A stretch of DNA of 64,000 nt from contig CAWAIF010000002.1 in the NCBI GenBank assembly GCA_963782055.1, positions 96,001-160,000 of the forward strand, written 5' to 3'. The notes beneath the pieces are model-generated. The model had not been told where the DNA came from and did not search any database. It was given only the letters and a program-made list of their open reading frames with translations. The translations under genes and the position numbers were made by a program. Shown here one piece after another: positions 47,526-55,800 of this stretch. Source of the stretch: an uncultured delta proteobacterium. Lineage in GTDB: Bacteria; Myxococcota_A; Polyangia; Polyangiales; Polyangiaceae. Position 1 is the first letter of the stretch. Each line of letters opens with the position of its first letter.

Positions 47526-49019
47526 GTGCTTCGATTCAAGGAGGTTTTGACCCCTCCCGATGCGCCCGCTCCTCCGGCGCCGCTGGGACGCGCCGGCGGT
47601 TACGACCTGCTGCTGGAGCTCGCCGCCGGTGGCATGGCCACGGTGTATCTCGCGCGGGCGGTGGAGCGCGACGTCATCGCTGCGGTGAAGCGCCCGCACA
47701 AGCACCTGGCGAGCGATCAGACCTTCTCCTCCATGCTCGTCGACGAGGCCCGCCTCGCCTCTGCCATCGACCACCCCAACGTCGTCAAGGTGCGCGAGCT
47801 CGGCTTCGAGGGCGCCGTCCCCTTCATCGTCATGGACTATGTCGAGGGGTGCAGCCTCTCCGATCTGCGCAAGGAGCTCGGCGCGGTGGATCGCGCGCTG
47901 GACTCGCGCGTGGCGGTGCGGGTCATCCTCGACGCCCTCGCCGGGCTGCAGGCCGCGCACGAGCTGCGCGACGAGAACGGCAAGCACCTGGGCATCATCC
48001 ACCGCGACATCAGCCCTCACAACGTGCTCGTGGGCGTGGACGGTCGCGCGCGCGTGACCGACTTCGGCATCGCCAAGGCGGAGGACAGGCTGCAGGTCAC
48101 GCGCACGCACGAGGTGAAGGGCAAGCTCGCCTACCTCGCCCCCGAGCGCGTCGATCGCCGCCGCCTCTGCACCCGCCAGAGCGACATCTTCTCCATGGCG
48201 GTCGTGCTCTGGGAGTGCCTCGCCGGGCGGCGCCTCTTCCGCGGTGACGAGGCCATCGACACCCTGCAGGAGGTCATGAAGGCCCCCATCCCCCGCCTCC
48301 GCCAGCTCGGCGCCGACATCGCACCCGGCCTGGACGACGCGCTCGCCAAGGCGCTCTCGCGCGATCTGGGGGTGCGCTACCAGACCGCCGAGGACTTCGC
48401 CCGCGCGCTGGAGCGCGGGGCGGGTCGCGGGCACATCGGCTCGTACGAGGATGTCGCGCGCGTCGTCGAGGCGGTCTTCGGCTCACGTCTGGCGCACCGG
48501 CACGACCAGGTGCGCAAGGCCGTCGGCGACGAGAAGCTCCACGCCGTGATGGCCCGCTCGCAGCTCCGCGAGCGCCCGCCGCCCGCGGGAGGACTCACCC
48601 CCGACAGCCAGCTCCTCGCCGCCATCGCGCCCGCCGCGCCGAGCGCGCGCTACGCCTTCGGAGCGCTCGCCTCCGGGTCCACGTCACGGCGTCCGCGGTG
48701 GCTCGTCCCGGTCGCGGTGGGCGCGGGCGTCGGGCTGGTGGCCGGCGTGCTGGTCATCGCGGTGATGGCGGGACGCTCCGGGCCCGCCCCGCGCGCCGCC
48801 GGTGCCTCGGGCACGCCCTCCTCGCTCGCCTCCGCGCCGACAGGCCGCCCGACCGCCACCGTCGCGCAGCCCACGCCATCGGATACCGGCGTGGAGGAGG
48901 CGATCGACCTGGGCGATGTCCTGTCCGACGCATCGACCCCCGGCGCACGCCCGCACCACGTCCACAAGGCCACGAGGCCCATCGGCACCGTGCGCGACGG
49001 CTTCACCAAGCTCCGATGA
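47526..49019 (+). CDS. Hanks-type Ser/Thr protein kinase with TM segment
   Basis: GGMATVY, AVK, HRDISPHN, DFG, YLAPE and SDIFS motifs. Confidence 0.95.
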   Translation: MLRFKEVLTPPDAPAPPAPLGRAGGYDLLLELAAGGMATVYLARAVERDVIAAVKRPHKHLASDQTFSSMLVDEARLASAIDHPNVVKVRELGFEGAVPFIVMDYVEGCSLSDLRKELGAVDRALDSRVAVRVILDALAGLQAAHELRDENGKHLGIIHRDISPHNVLVGVDGRARVTDFGIAKAEDRLQVTRTHEVKGKLAYLAPERVDRRRLCTRQSDIFSMAVVLWECLAGRRLFRGDEAIDTLQEVMKAPIPRLRQLGADIAPGLDDALAKALSRDLGVRYQTAEDFARALERGAGRGHIGSYEDVARVVEAVFGSRLAHRHDQVRKAVGDEKLHAVMARSQLRERPPPAGGLTPDSQLLAAIAPAAPSARYAFGALASGSTSRRPRWLVPVAVGAGVGLVAGVLVIAVMAGRSGPAPRAAGASGTPSSLASAPTGRPTATVAQPTPSDTGVEEAIDLGDVLSDASTPGARPHHVHKATRPIGTVRDGFTKLR

Positions 49020-49462
49020 CGCGGACCTTGCTCCTCGCGCTGGGGCTGCTGCTCGTGACCGCCGGGTGCGACGATCAGGTGCTCGCGACCTGTCGCGACA
49101 TCCCGGACGGTGGCTGCCCCGTCGCCTCCGGCGTGGCGTGCTCCGACCCGGCGTGCGCGGCCGCGTACGCGTGTCAGGCCGACGGCACGTGGGCGATCGT
49201 CCAGGTGTGCGCCGCGCAGGATGCGTCGATCGGCGACGACGCCGCGTCTCCGGTCGATGCGGGTACGCGCGACGTGTCCACCGACGTGGAAGGAGCGTTC
49301 GGTGGGCCCGGCTGCATCGATCTGCAGCCGCCGGACTGCGCGCTGGGCACCGCGCTGGCGTGCTCGGCCGGCTGCTGCGGCTGCGAGGCCCTCTTCGTAT
49401 GCCGCGCCGGCGGGTGGGATCCGTGGGGCGCGTGCGACGAGGCGGGCGTGCACGGCCCGTGA
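49016..49462 (+). CDS. Cys-rich lipoprotein
   Basis: ATGA overlap with the kinase; lipobox TAGC; many Cys. Confidence 0.7.
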   Translation: MTRTLLLALGLLLVTAGCDDQVLATCRDIPDGGCPVASGVACSDPACAAAYACQADGTWAIVQVCAAQDASIGDDAASPVDAGTRDVSTDVEGAFGGPGCIDLQPPDCALGTALACSAGCCGCEALFVCRAGGWDPWGACDEAGVHGP

Positions 49463-49472
49463 GCGGCAATAG

Positions 49473-49503
49473 TTGACACGTCATCTTTTCGCCAATCTAG
49501 ACT
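49473..49503 (+). promoter_or_regulatory. Possible sigma70-type promoter with no downstream ORF
   Basis: TTGACA-N19-TAGACT in an AT-enriched patch. Confidence 0.35.
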
Positions 49504-49578
49504 TCGAAAAGGAGACGCGTCAGGGGTCCCAGCCGCGGGGCACTGCACAGCCCTGCAGCCGTCGCAGATGGGCGGTAC

Positions 49579-49626
49579 TAAACAAAATGACAGAAGGCGC
49601 CTCCCCGTGGGGGGAAGCGCCCTCTG
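49579..49626 (-). terminator. Intrinsic terminator of the histone-like gene
   Basis: Minus strand CAGAGGGCGCTTCCCC-CCAC-GGGGAGGCGCCTTCTG (mismatches are G-U on this strand) followed by TCATTTTGTTT. Confidence 0.7.
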
Positions 49627-49689
49627 CTTCCTGCTGAGCAGCCCGACCGCTGCAGCTCAGCAAGAATGACCGGCCGCCAAAGCGGCCTT

Positions 49690-50058
49690 CTACTCTTCCC
49701 CGTCGTCCAAGCCGTGGCTGGATGTCGGAGCCCCGCCCAGCATGGACGGGACTCCTACGGGGGGAGCAGCCTTGGGAGCCGCTTTGGTGCCGCCGGTAGT
49801 ACGCCTGCCGGCGGCCCGGCCAGGGCCGGTCTTGGCCTTTGAAGCAGCCTTCTTTTTGGCAGGCTTCTTTTTGGCGGCCTTCTTTTTGGCAGGCTTCTTT
49901 TTAGCAGCCTTCTTTTTGGAGGCTTTTTTGGCACCCTTCTTCGCAGACTTCTTCTTGGCCGTGCGCTTGGCGGACTTCTTCTTCGCCGTCTTGCCAGCGG
50001 CCTTCTTGGTGGTCTTCGTCTTCTTGGGAGCCTTCTTCGCAGACTTCTTAGCAGCCAT
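49690..50058 (-). CDS. Lys/Ala-rich histone H1-like DNA-binding protein
   Basis: Repeated AKKK/PAKK motifs; SD GGAGGG; has its own promoter and terminator. Confidence 0.8.
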   Translation of the reverse strand: MAAKKSAKKAPKKTKTTKKAAGKTAKKKSAKRTAKKKSAKKGAKKASKKKAAKKKPAKKKAAKKKPAKKKAASKAKTGPGRAAGRRTTGGTKAAPKAAPPVGVPSMLGGAPTSSHGLDDGEE

Positions 50059-50093
50059 GGTGTCCCTCCAGGTTGGTGAGGTGATCTACATGA

Positions 50094-50122
50094 CCTATAT
50101 GGTCACCTACGTCAGGTGTCAA
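50094..50122 (-). promoter_or_regulatory. sigma70-type promoter of the histone-like gene
   Basis: Minus strand TTGACA-N17-TATAGG with an upstream A/T tract. Confidence 0.6.
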
Positions 50123-50397
50123 ACAAAAATCAGATCATCAACTTGATTTTTTTTTTCGGATAGTTCGTGTTTGACCAACACGAACAGGGCGGCCGGAGGT
50201 GGGGATCGCCGTTCGCGGCGGGGGGATTTGGGGGAGGCATCCGGTCGCCTCGAGGCCACGGCGCGAGGATGGAATGGGCGCGGGTTCTCGCGTGGCGCGC
50301 GCGTCGGGGGCGCGAGCGGCATGGAAGGGGAGAGGAGAGGAGAAGGGGAGAGCGGGGCGCGTGGGTGGTGGGTGGGGTGAGGGAGAGGGTGACCGGT

Positions 50398-50785
50398 CGC
50401 GAGTGGAAGAGGGAGCTCGAGCGAGCGGGAGAGGGAGCGCGGGGGCGAGCGCGGGCGCGGGGGCGGGAGTGGAGAGGGAGCGCGGGGGCGAGCGCGGGCG
50501 GGAGAGGGAGCGCGGGGGCGAGCGCGGGCGCGGGGGCGGGAGTGGAGAGGGAGCGCGGGGGCGAGTGCGGGCGAGAGGGAGAGGGAGCGCGGGCGCGGGG
50601 GCGGGAGTGGAAAAGGGAGCGCGGGGGCGAGCGCGGGCGCGAGAGTGGAGAGGGAGCGCGAGGGCGAGCGCGGGCGCGAGAATGGAGAGGGAGCGCGGGC
50701 GCGAGAGTGGAGAGGGAGCGCGATCGCGGGCGCGAGAGTGGAGAGGGAGCGCGATCGCGGGCGCGAGAGTGGAGAGGGAGAGGGG
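50398..50785. repeat. Purine/G-rich degenerate tandem array
   Basis: About 11-12 copies of core GAGAGGGAGCGCG joined by GGGGGC/GAGCGC/GGGCGC hexamers; two identical 31-mers at 50697-50758. Confidence 0.9.
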
Positions 50786-50913
50786 GTCGCTCGGGGGAGG
50801 GCATCGTCCCGCCGTGCTCGAAGTCCGCAAGGCCGGGCGGTGCTCGTGTCGCTCGCCTTCGTGGTCGGGTGAGCGCAGGCGCGAGGCCGTGACCGAAGGG
50901 CGCGAGCGACGCG

Positions 50914-51267
50914 TCACCGGGTGAGGCCGGTGAGCAGCGCCACGAGCCAATCCGCGATCCGCACGCACCGCTCCGCCGGAGCGGCGTCCGCCTCGCCGGT
51001 GGCCGCGGCGATCTCCACCGCCGCCACCGCCTCGACCGCCTCGCCCCGCGCGATGGCGAACGCCCGCGCCTTGTCCCGCCGCGTCACCCGTCCCGCGCCC
51101 TCCGTCGCGTTCAGGCACGCGCTCTTCGCGGCGCGCATCGCCTCGTCGCGCAGCTTCGCGTCGCGCACACCAGCCGCCCGCACCGCGACGAGCAGCTCCA
51201 CCGCGCCCCGAAAGGCCACCAGCTTGTGATGAGGAAGAGAGCGAGGGGTCGTGTCTTGGTCGGTCAT
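50914..51267 (-). CDS. Four-helix-bundle protein (23S rRNA IVP / TIGR02436, Avd-related fold)
   Basis: KLVAFRGAVEL..LRDEAMRAAKSACLNATEGAGR....KARAFAIARGEAVE matches the family pattern L.V...A..L / L.DQ..RAA.S...NIAEG.GR / F..IARGS..E. Confidence 0.85.
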   Translation of the reverse strand: MTDQDTTPRSLPHHKLVAFRGAVELLVAVRAAGVRDAKLRDEAMRAAKSACLNATEGAGRVTRRDKARAFAIARGEAVEAVAAVEIAAATGEADAAPAERCVRIADWLVALLTGLTR

Positions 51268-51385
51268 GCCCCCCATCGCGCGGCATGCGTGACAGCGCGA
51301 TCCGTCCCTCTCGCCCCACCCTCGCGCCAGCGCTGGCGTGCATGGTGCGCGCAAAGGCGTGACCGACCAAGACACGACCCCGCGC
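51241..51385. repeat. 30-bp inverted repeat (28/30; 22-bp perfect core) overlapping the four-helix gene start
   Basis: 51241-51270 GCGAGGGGTCGTGTCTTGGTCGGTCATGCC versus 51356-51385 GGCGTGACCGACCAAGACACGACCCCGCGC. Confidence 0.95.
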
Positions 51386-51429
51386 GCCCGCCCATCCCCA
51401 CGCGCGGCGAGCATGTCCCCCCGAGTTCA

Positions 51430-51540
51430 CCCCCCCCCGACCCCAACCCCAACCCCGACCCCGACCCCGACCCCGACCCCAACCCCGACCCGACCCCAAC
51501 CCCGACCCCGACCCCAACCCCGACCCCGACCCCGACCCGA
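51430..51540. repeat. C-rich hexamer microsatellite (CCCCGA/CCCCAA)n
   Basis: About 18 units read directly from the sequence. Confidence 0.95.
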
Positions 51541-51791
51541 GCCAAGTGACACCGAGCGCGGGGGAGAGTGTGACACCAAGAGAAAGCGCGGGAACATGGA
51601 CGCGCAAAATGCTCGAACTGGAATGCAAAGGAGTCGCTCGCGGTTCTTCCGCGCGACCAAGCCCGGGACGCCTTGACGCACGGCTACGGCGGCGGCTACC
51701 GTCCGCAACCGCTCGCGAGACGTAACCCAGCGCGGGCCGGCGGCGTCGCACGAACGTGTGCGCGCTTCTCGCGAAGCCAGGAGGTGCTCTT

Positions 51792-52655
51792 GTGATTGCG
51801 ATTGCGAAGACCATGAAGCTGGGCATCGTCGCCCTCACCACGGCGCTCGCGCTCAGTAGCGTGGGCTGCGGCTACTCCCAGGAGGAGATGGACGCGAAGA
51901 CCCACGAGGTCGAGCGTCTGACTGCGGAGCTGAAGACCGCCAACACCAAGATCTCGGACGACCAGAAGAAGTTCGCCGACGCCCTGGCCCAGCAGGCCAA
52001 GCTGCGCGACGACCTCAAGCGGGCCGGCATCGACCTCGAGGCGTCCAAGAGCAACGCCGAGAAGCTCGAGCAGGCCATGCGCGAGTACAAGCAGCGCGCC
52101 GACCAGCTCGCGGCGATCGAGGCGCGCTTCCGCGACCTCAAGACTCGGCTCGACAAGCTGAACAACGTCGGACTCAAGGTGGTCGTGCGCAACAACCGCA
52201 TGGTCATCCAGCTTCCGGGTGACGTGCTCTTCGACTCGGGCAAGGATCAGCTCAAGAAGGGCGGCAAGGACGTGCTGCTACAGGTGGCCGACGTCATCCG
52301 CAACGACTCGACCCTCAACGCCCGCACCTTCCAGGTGGCCGGCCACACCGACAACGCGAAGTACCCGCACAACGGGCCCTTCCACGACAACTGGGGCCTC
52401 TCCCTCGCCCGCGCGCGTCAGGTCCTCCTCTTCCTGACCGCCCCGGTGGGCGACCCGAAGGCCAAGGACCCGAAGAAGCACGGCGGCGGCGGGCTCGACC
52501 CGAAGCACTGGTCGGCTTCCGGCTACGGGGACACCGACCCGCAGGCGGGCACCATGGAGAAGCAGACCAAGGACGAGATGAACAAGAACCGCCGCGTGGA
52601 GCTCGTCCTCGAGCCGAACGTGGAGGAGATGCTGAACCTCAGCACCATCAAGTGA
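51792..52655 (+). CDS. OmpA/MotB-family peptidoglycan-binding lipoprotein with coiled coil
   Basis: SD GGAGG before GTG; SVGC lipobox; VLFDSG, VAGHTDN, NWGLSLARA and NRRVE. Confidence 0.9.
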   Translation: MIAIAKTMKLGIVALTTALALSSVGCGYSQEEMDAKTHEVERLTAELKTANTKISDDQKKFADALAQQAKLRDDLKRAGIDLEASKSNAEKLEQAMREYKQRADQLAAIEARFRDLKTRLDKLNNVGLKVVVRNNRMVIQLPGDVLFDSGKDQLKKGGKDVLLQVADVIRNDSTLNARTFQVAGHTDNAKYPHNGPFHDNWGLSLARARQVLLFLTAPVGDPKAKDPKKHGGGGLDPKHWSASGYGDTDPQAGTMEKQTKDEMNKNRRVELVLEPNVEEMLNLSTIK

Positions 52656-52686
52656 ACGTCCGCCCGGCCGCGGCCGGGCAGGTGAG

Positions 52687-52730
52687 GACGCGGGGTCGGT
52701 TCCTTCCGGGATCGGCCCCGCCGTCTTTTT
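52687..52730 (+). terminator. Intrinsic terminator
   Basis: GACGCGGGGTCGGTTCC-TTCC-GGGATCGGCCCCGCCGTC followed by TTTTT. Confidence 0.75.
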
Positions 52731-52743
52731 GTATGCTCGGCGG

Positions 52744-53667
52744 ATGCGCGTCGCCTCCATCGACATCGGCACCAACACCGTGCTCCTCCTCGTCGCCGAG
52801 CGGTCCGCCGCCGGCGAGCTCGTCGCCGTGCACGAGGAGGCCACCATCACGCGTCTCGGCGAGGGCGTGGACGTCGCGCGCAAGCTGAAGCCGGAGGCCA
52901 TCGCGCGCACCTCCGCGTGTCTCGTCCGCTACGCCGAGATCGTCCGCGACCTGGGCGTCGCGCGGACCGGCGTGGTCGGCACGAGCGCCATGCGTGACGC
53001 CGGCGGCGGCGACGAGGTCCGCGCGAAGGTGCGCGAGCTCCTCGGCGTGGAGGCGCGCACCATCTCCGGCGACGAGGAGGCCCGCCTCACGTTCCGCGGC
53101 GCTCTCTCCGGGCTGGACGTCTCCGGCGGCGTGGTCGTCTACGACATCGGCGGCGGCAGCACCGAGGTGGTCGGCGGGACGTGCAGCGCGGGCGCCGCCG
53201 CCGGCTTCACCTACGCGCACAGCTTCGACGTGGGGAGCGTGCGCCTGACCGAACGTCACGTGCACACCGACCCGCCGTCGGCGGAGGAGCTCGCCGCCCT
53301 GAGCCGCGCCGCGCGCGAGGCCTTCGCCGGGCTGCCGTCCCTGAAGAGCGACGGTCTGCCGGTGGGCATCGCAGGCACCGTCACCACCCTCGCCGCCGTC
53401 GCGCTCCGGATGGAGACCTACGACGGCGCGCGCGTGCACGGCCACACCATGACGCGCGACGAGCTGGAGCGGGTGGTGCGCGATCTCGCCGCGCTCCCCC
53501 TCGCCCGGCGGCGCGAGGTGCCCGGCCTGGAGCCGAAGCGCGCCGACGTGATCGTGGCGGGCGGCATGGTCGCCCTCGCGGTGCTGGACGCGCTGGGCGC
53601 CTCCGCCACGCGCGTCAGCGATCGCGGCGTGCGCTGGGGACTGGCGGAGGAGCTTTGCGGCGCCTGA
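52744..53667 (+). CDS. Ppx/GppA family phosphatase
   Basis: IDIGTNT, TRLGEG, TSAMRDA, EEA, DIGGGSTE and RADVI motifs. Confidence 0.92.
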   Translation: MRVASIDIGTNTVLLLVAERSAAGELVAVHEEATITRLGEGVDVARKLKPEAIARTSACLVRYAEIVRDLGVARTGVVGTSAMRDAGGGDEVRAKVRELLGVEARTISGDEEARLTFRGALSGLDVSGGVVVYDIGGGSTEVVGGTCSAGAAAGFTYAHSFDVGSVRLTERHVHTDPPSAEELAALSRAAREAFAGLPSLKSDGLPVGIAGTVTTLAAVALRMETYDGARVHGHTMTRDELERVVRDLAALPLARRREVPGLEPKRADVIVAGGMVALAVLDALGASATRVSDRGVRWGLAEELCGA

Positions 53668-53668
53668 G

Positions 53669-54688
53669 TCAGCCGCTGGCGCCCCAGGTCCCCGCAGGCG
53701 GCGGTGGCGGCGGGTACGGGGCGCCAGGCGGCGGGTAATAGCCGCCCGGTCCCGGCGGCGGGCCGCTCTCCTGCAGCGGCTGCATCATCTGGTACTCGGG
53801 GCCGAGCGAGGCGATGGCGTACAGGCCGTACGCGCGCTCGAGCACGTAGTACGGCGCCAGCAGCGTCTGCTGGATGACCGGAAACGCGCCCAGACAGCAC
53901 GTGCAGAAGGTGAGCACCACGGCGACGAGCCCGGCGCCCAGGCCGAGCCCCGCGCGGATGACGAAGAAGAGGAGGACGGATCCCCAGTGACCGCGTACGG
54001 CGTCGAGGAAGCGTCGCCACGCGGCCATGCACGGCAGGTCGAACTGCAGCATGAACGGCGCGACGAAGTTGCGCAGCAGCGCGCGCACCACGCCGAGCAG
54101 TATGACGAACAGTGCGCCGACGACCAGGAAGGGCAGCAGGCCCAGCGCCAGCGCGTCGGCGTCGGTCACGCCGGCGTCGACGAGGTCGACGACACGGTAG
54201 AGGGCGAAGCCGAGCAGCGGCCCCCAGAGAAGGAGGGAGATGCCGCTCAGCGCCAGGCTGAACTTGAAGAGCGACCAGGCGGGCTTGCGTGTCTCGCGCC
54301 AGTGCTCCCCGATGGCCGGCCGCCCCGTCGCCACGGCGCGGATGGACATCATCTGCCCGCGCGTGCCCAGCCAGAGCGTGACGAGCGTCAGCGCCACCAA
54401 CGTGATCACCGCCACGATGGAGAGGACCACGACCAGCGTCGCGTTGTCCGCCATCCATGTGCGGGCCTCGTCCAGCATCCGGTGCAGGTCGAGGGGCGGC
54501 GCCGTGCCCCCCGGGCCGGACGATCCGCCGAAATTGGGCTTCCGGAAGGAGCCCCCCGAGCCTCCCTCCGCAAGCATCTGCAGGAAAAAGATGACCCCGA
54601 AGGAAATCCACGTACCTGCGCGGAATGGCTTGAATAGTTGCTGACTCGTCCGTTGCCAGGCGGTGCCCAGCGAGCCCGTCACATCCAT
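53669..54688 (-). CDS. Hypothetical multi-pass membrane protein
   Basis: Several TM segments and a Pro-rich C-terminus. Confidence 0.75.
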   Translation of the reverse strand: MDVTGSLGTAWQRTSQQLFKPFRAGTWISFGVIFFLQMLAEGGSGGSFRKPNFGGSSGPGGTAPPLDLHRMLDEARTWMADNATLVVVLSIVAVITLVALTLVTLWLGTRGQMMSIRAVATGRPAIGEHWRETRKPAWSLFKFSLALSGISLLLWGPLLGFALYRVVDLVDAGVTDADALALGLLPFLVVGALFVILLGVVRALLRNFVAPFMLQFDLPCMAAWRRFLDAVRGHWGSVLLFFVIRAGLGLGAGLVAVVLTFCTCCLGAFPVIQQTLLAPYYVLERAYGLYAIASLGPEYQMMQPLQESGPPPGPGGYYPPPGAPYPPPPPPAGTWGASG

Positions 54689-54722
54689 GGCAGCCTCCGC
54701 GAGGTAGGGAAAGGTGGATGAG

Positions 54723-54787
54723 CTTGATCTAGATCAAGGCTTTTGGGTGCAATTCCTTTGACAATATGGGGTCGTTCCAACTAGAGT
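54723..54787 (+). promoter_or_regulatory. Perfect 16-bp palindrome plus sigma70-type promoter upstream of cdnL
   Basis: CTTGATCTAGATCAAG (54723-54738); TTGACA(54758)-N18-TAGAGT. Confidence 0.55.
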
Positions 54788-54986
54788 GCGCTCGCCTGAG
54801 CTTCTAGCCTCCTTTCGCGACCCGCCGGCGGACCCGTTGGCCCCCGGCAGAATTTTCGTCGCGAGTTCCCGAGGATCGAACAGCGGCACCAGAGCGCTCT
54901 CCCCGACCGCCGAGCGGATCGAGGGAACCGCATCGCTTTGGCCTGCGTCCGATGGGTTGAAGTCAGGCCAGCAACAAGGAGATGCC

Positions 54987-55496
54987 ATGCAAGCAGGTAC
55001 CGACGTCAAGTTCAAGGTCGGCGACAAGGCTGTTTACCCCAAGCACGGAGTGGGGGAGATCGTCCGCATCGTGGAGCTCGACATCGCCGGCTCGCGGCAG
55101 AAATTCTACGAGGTTCGGATCCTCGACAAGAATCAGAAGACGGTGAAGATCCCCGTCACCAACGCGTCCGCCGTCGGCCTGCGTCAGCTCGTGACCGAGG
55201 AGGAGATCGGGGAGATCTTCGACATCCTGCGCGAGCGCACGATCGCCTTCGACAAGCAGACGTGGAACCGCCGGTACCGCGGCTTCATGGCGAAGATCCA
55301 GACCGGATCCATCTACGACGTGGCGGAGGTCCTTCGTGATCTGTACCGCCTCAAGACCGACAAGCAGCTCTCCTTCGGCGAGCGAGCGATGCTCGACACC
55401 GCGCGCACACTCATCGTGAAGGAGATCGCCATCGCCCGCGGCCAGACGGAAGAAGCCGTCCGGACGGAGATCGAGGCGATCTTCATCTCCAACTGA
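54987..55496 (+). CDS. cdnL: CarD/CdnL family RNA polymerase-binding regulator
   Basis: FKVGDKAVYPKHGVG, GLR, QTWNRRYR, AEVLRDL and LSFGER; 169 aa, with no HMGA tail. Confidence 0.85.
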   Translation: MQAGTDVKFKVGDKAVYPKHGVGEIVRIVELDIAGSRQKFYEVRILDKNQKTVKIPVTNASAVGLRQLVTEEEIGEIFDILRERTIAFDKQTWNRRYRGFMAKIQTGSIYDVAEVLRDLYRLKTDKQLSFGERAMLDTARTLIVKEIAIARGQTEEAVRTEIEAIFISN

Positions 55497-55557
55497 TCGA
55501 CGCCGTACCCCGCGCGCGGCCCGCCTCCCCGGCGTGGCCGCGCGTCGCGTTTTGTCC

Positions 55558-55800
55558 TCAGGACTCCAGGACGCCGAACTCCCAGCGCTCGTCCGGCTCG
55601 CGCAGGCCCGCGACGGCGGCCTCCACGCGCCGCAGCAGCTCGCCGGGGCTCGCGTTGGGGGAAGGGCGCACGCCGACGGCGACGGCCATGCAGGCCGTCG
55701 TCTCGTCCGGCCACTGCCACACGCGCGCGCCGGCGACGCCGTCCACCGCGTAGACCACCTCCAGCGTGCGCCGGAGCTTGGGCGGAAGCGCGCTCTTCAT
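55558..55800 (-). CDS. Hypothetical small protein
   Basis: ATGA-coupled to the NosL-like gene. Confidence 0.6.
   Translation of the reverse strand: MKSALPPKLRRTLEVVYAVDGVAGARVWQWPDETTACMAVAVGVRPSPNASPGELLRRVEAAVAGLREPDERWEFGVLES

Noticed and set aside
50398..50785. Possible CRISPR array
   Set aside because: The sequence between cores is made of the same hexamers rather than unique spacers, the period is irregular, and there are no cas genes.
50130..50924. ORFs spanning the G-rich array
   Set aside because: They are low-complexity translations open in several frames only because the repeat lacks stop codons.
50914..51267. Diversity-generating retroelement or rRNA intervening sequence
   Set aside because: No reverse transcriptase, no TR/VR pair and no rRNA sequence are visible in the window.
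51792..52655. Flagellar motor (MotB together with the FliN-like gene)
   Set aside because: The protein is a lipoprotein without the MotB TM-Asp helix, and there is no motA or other flagellar gene.
54786..54986. N-terminal extension on CdnL
   Set aside because: A good SD (AAGGAG) precedes ATG 54987 and the family domain begins there.
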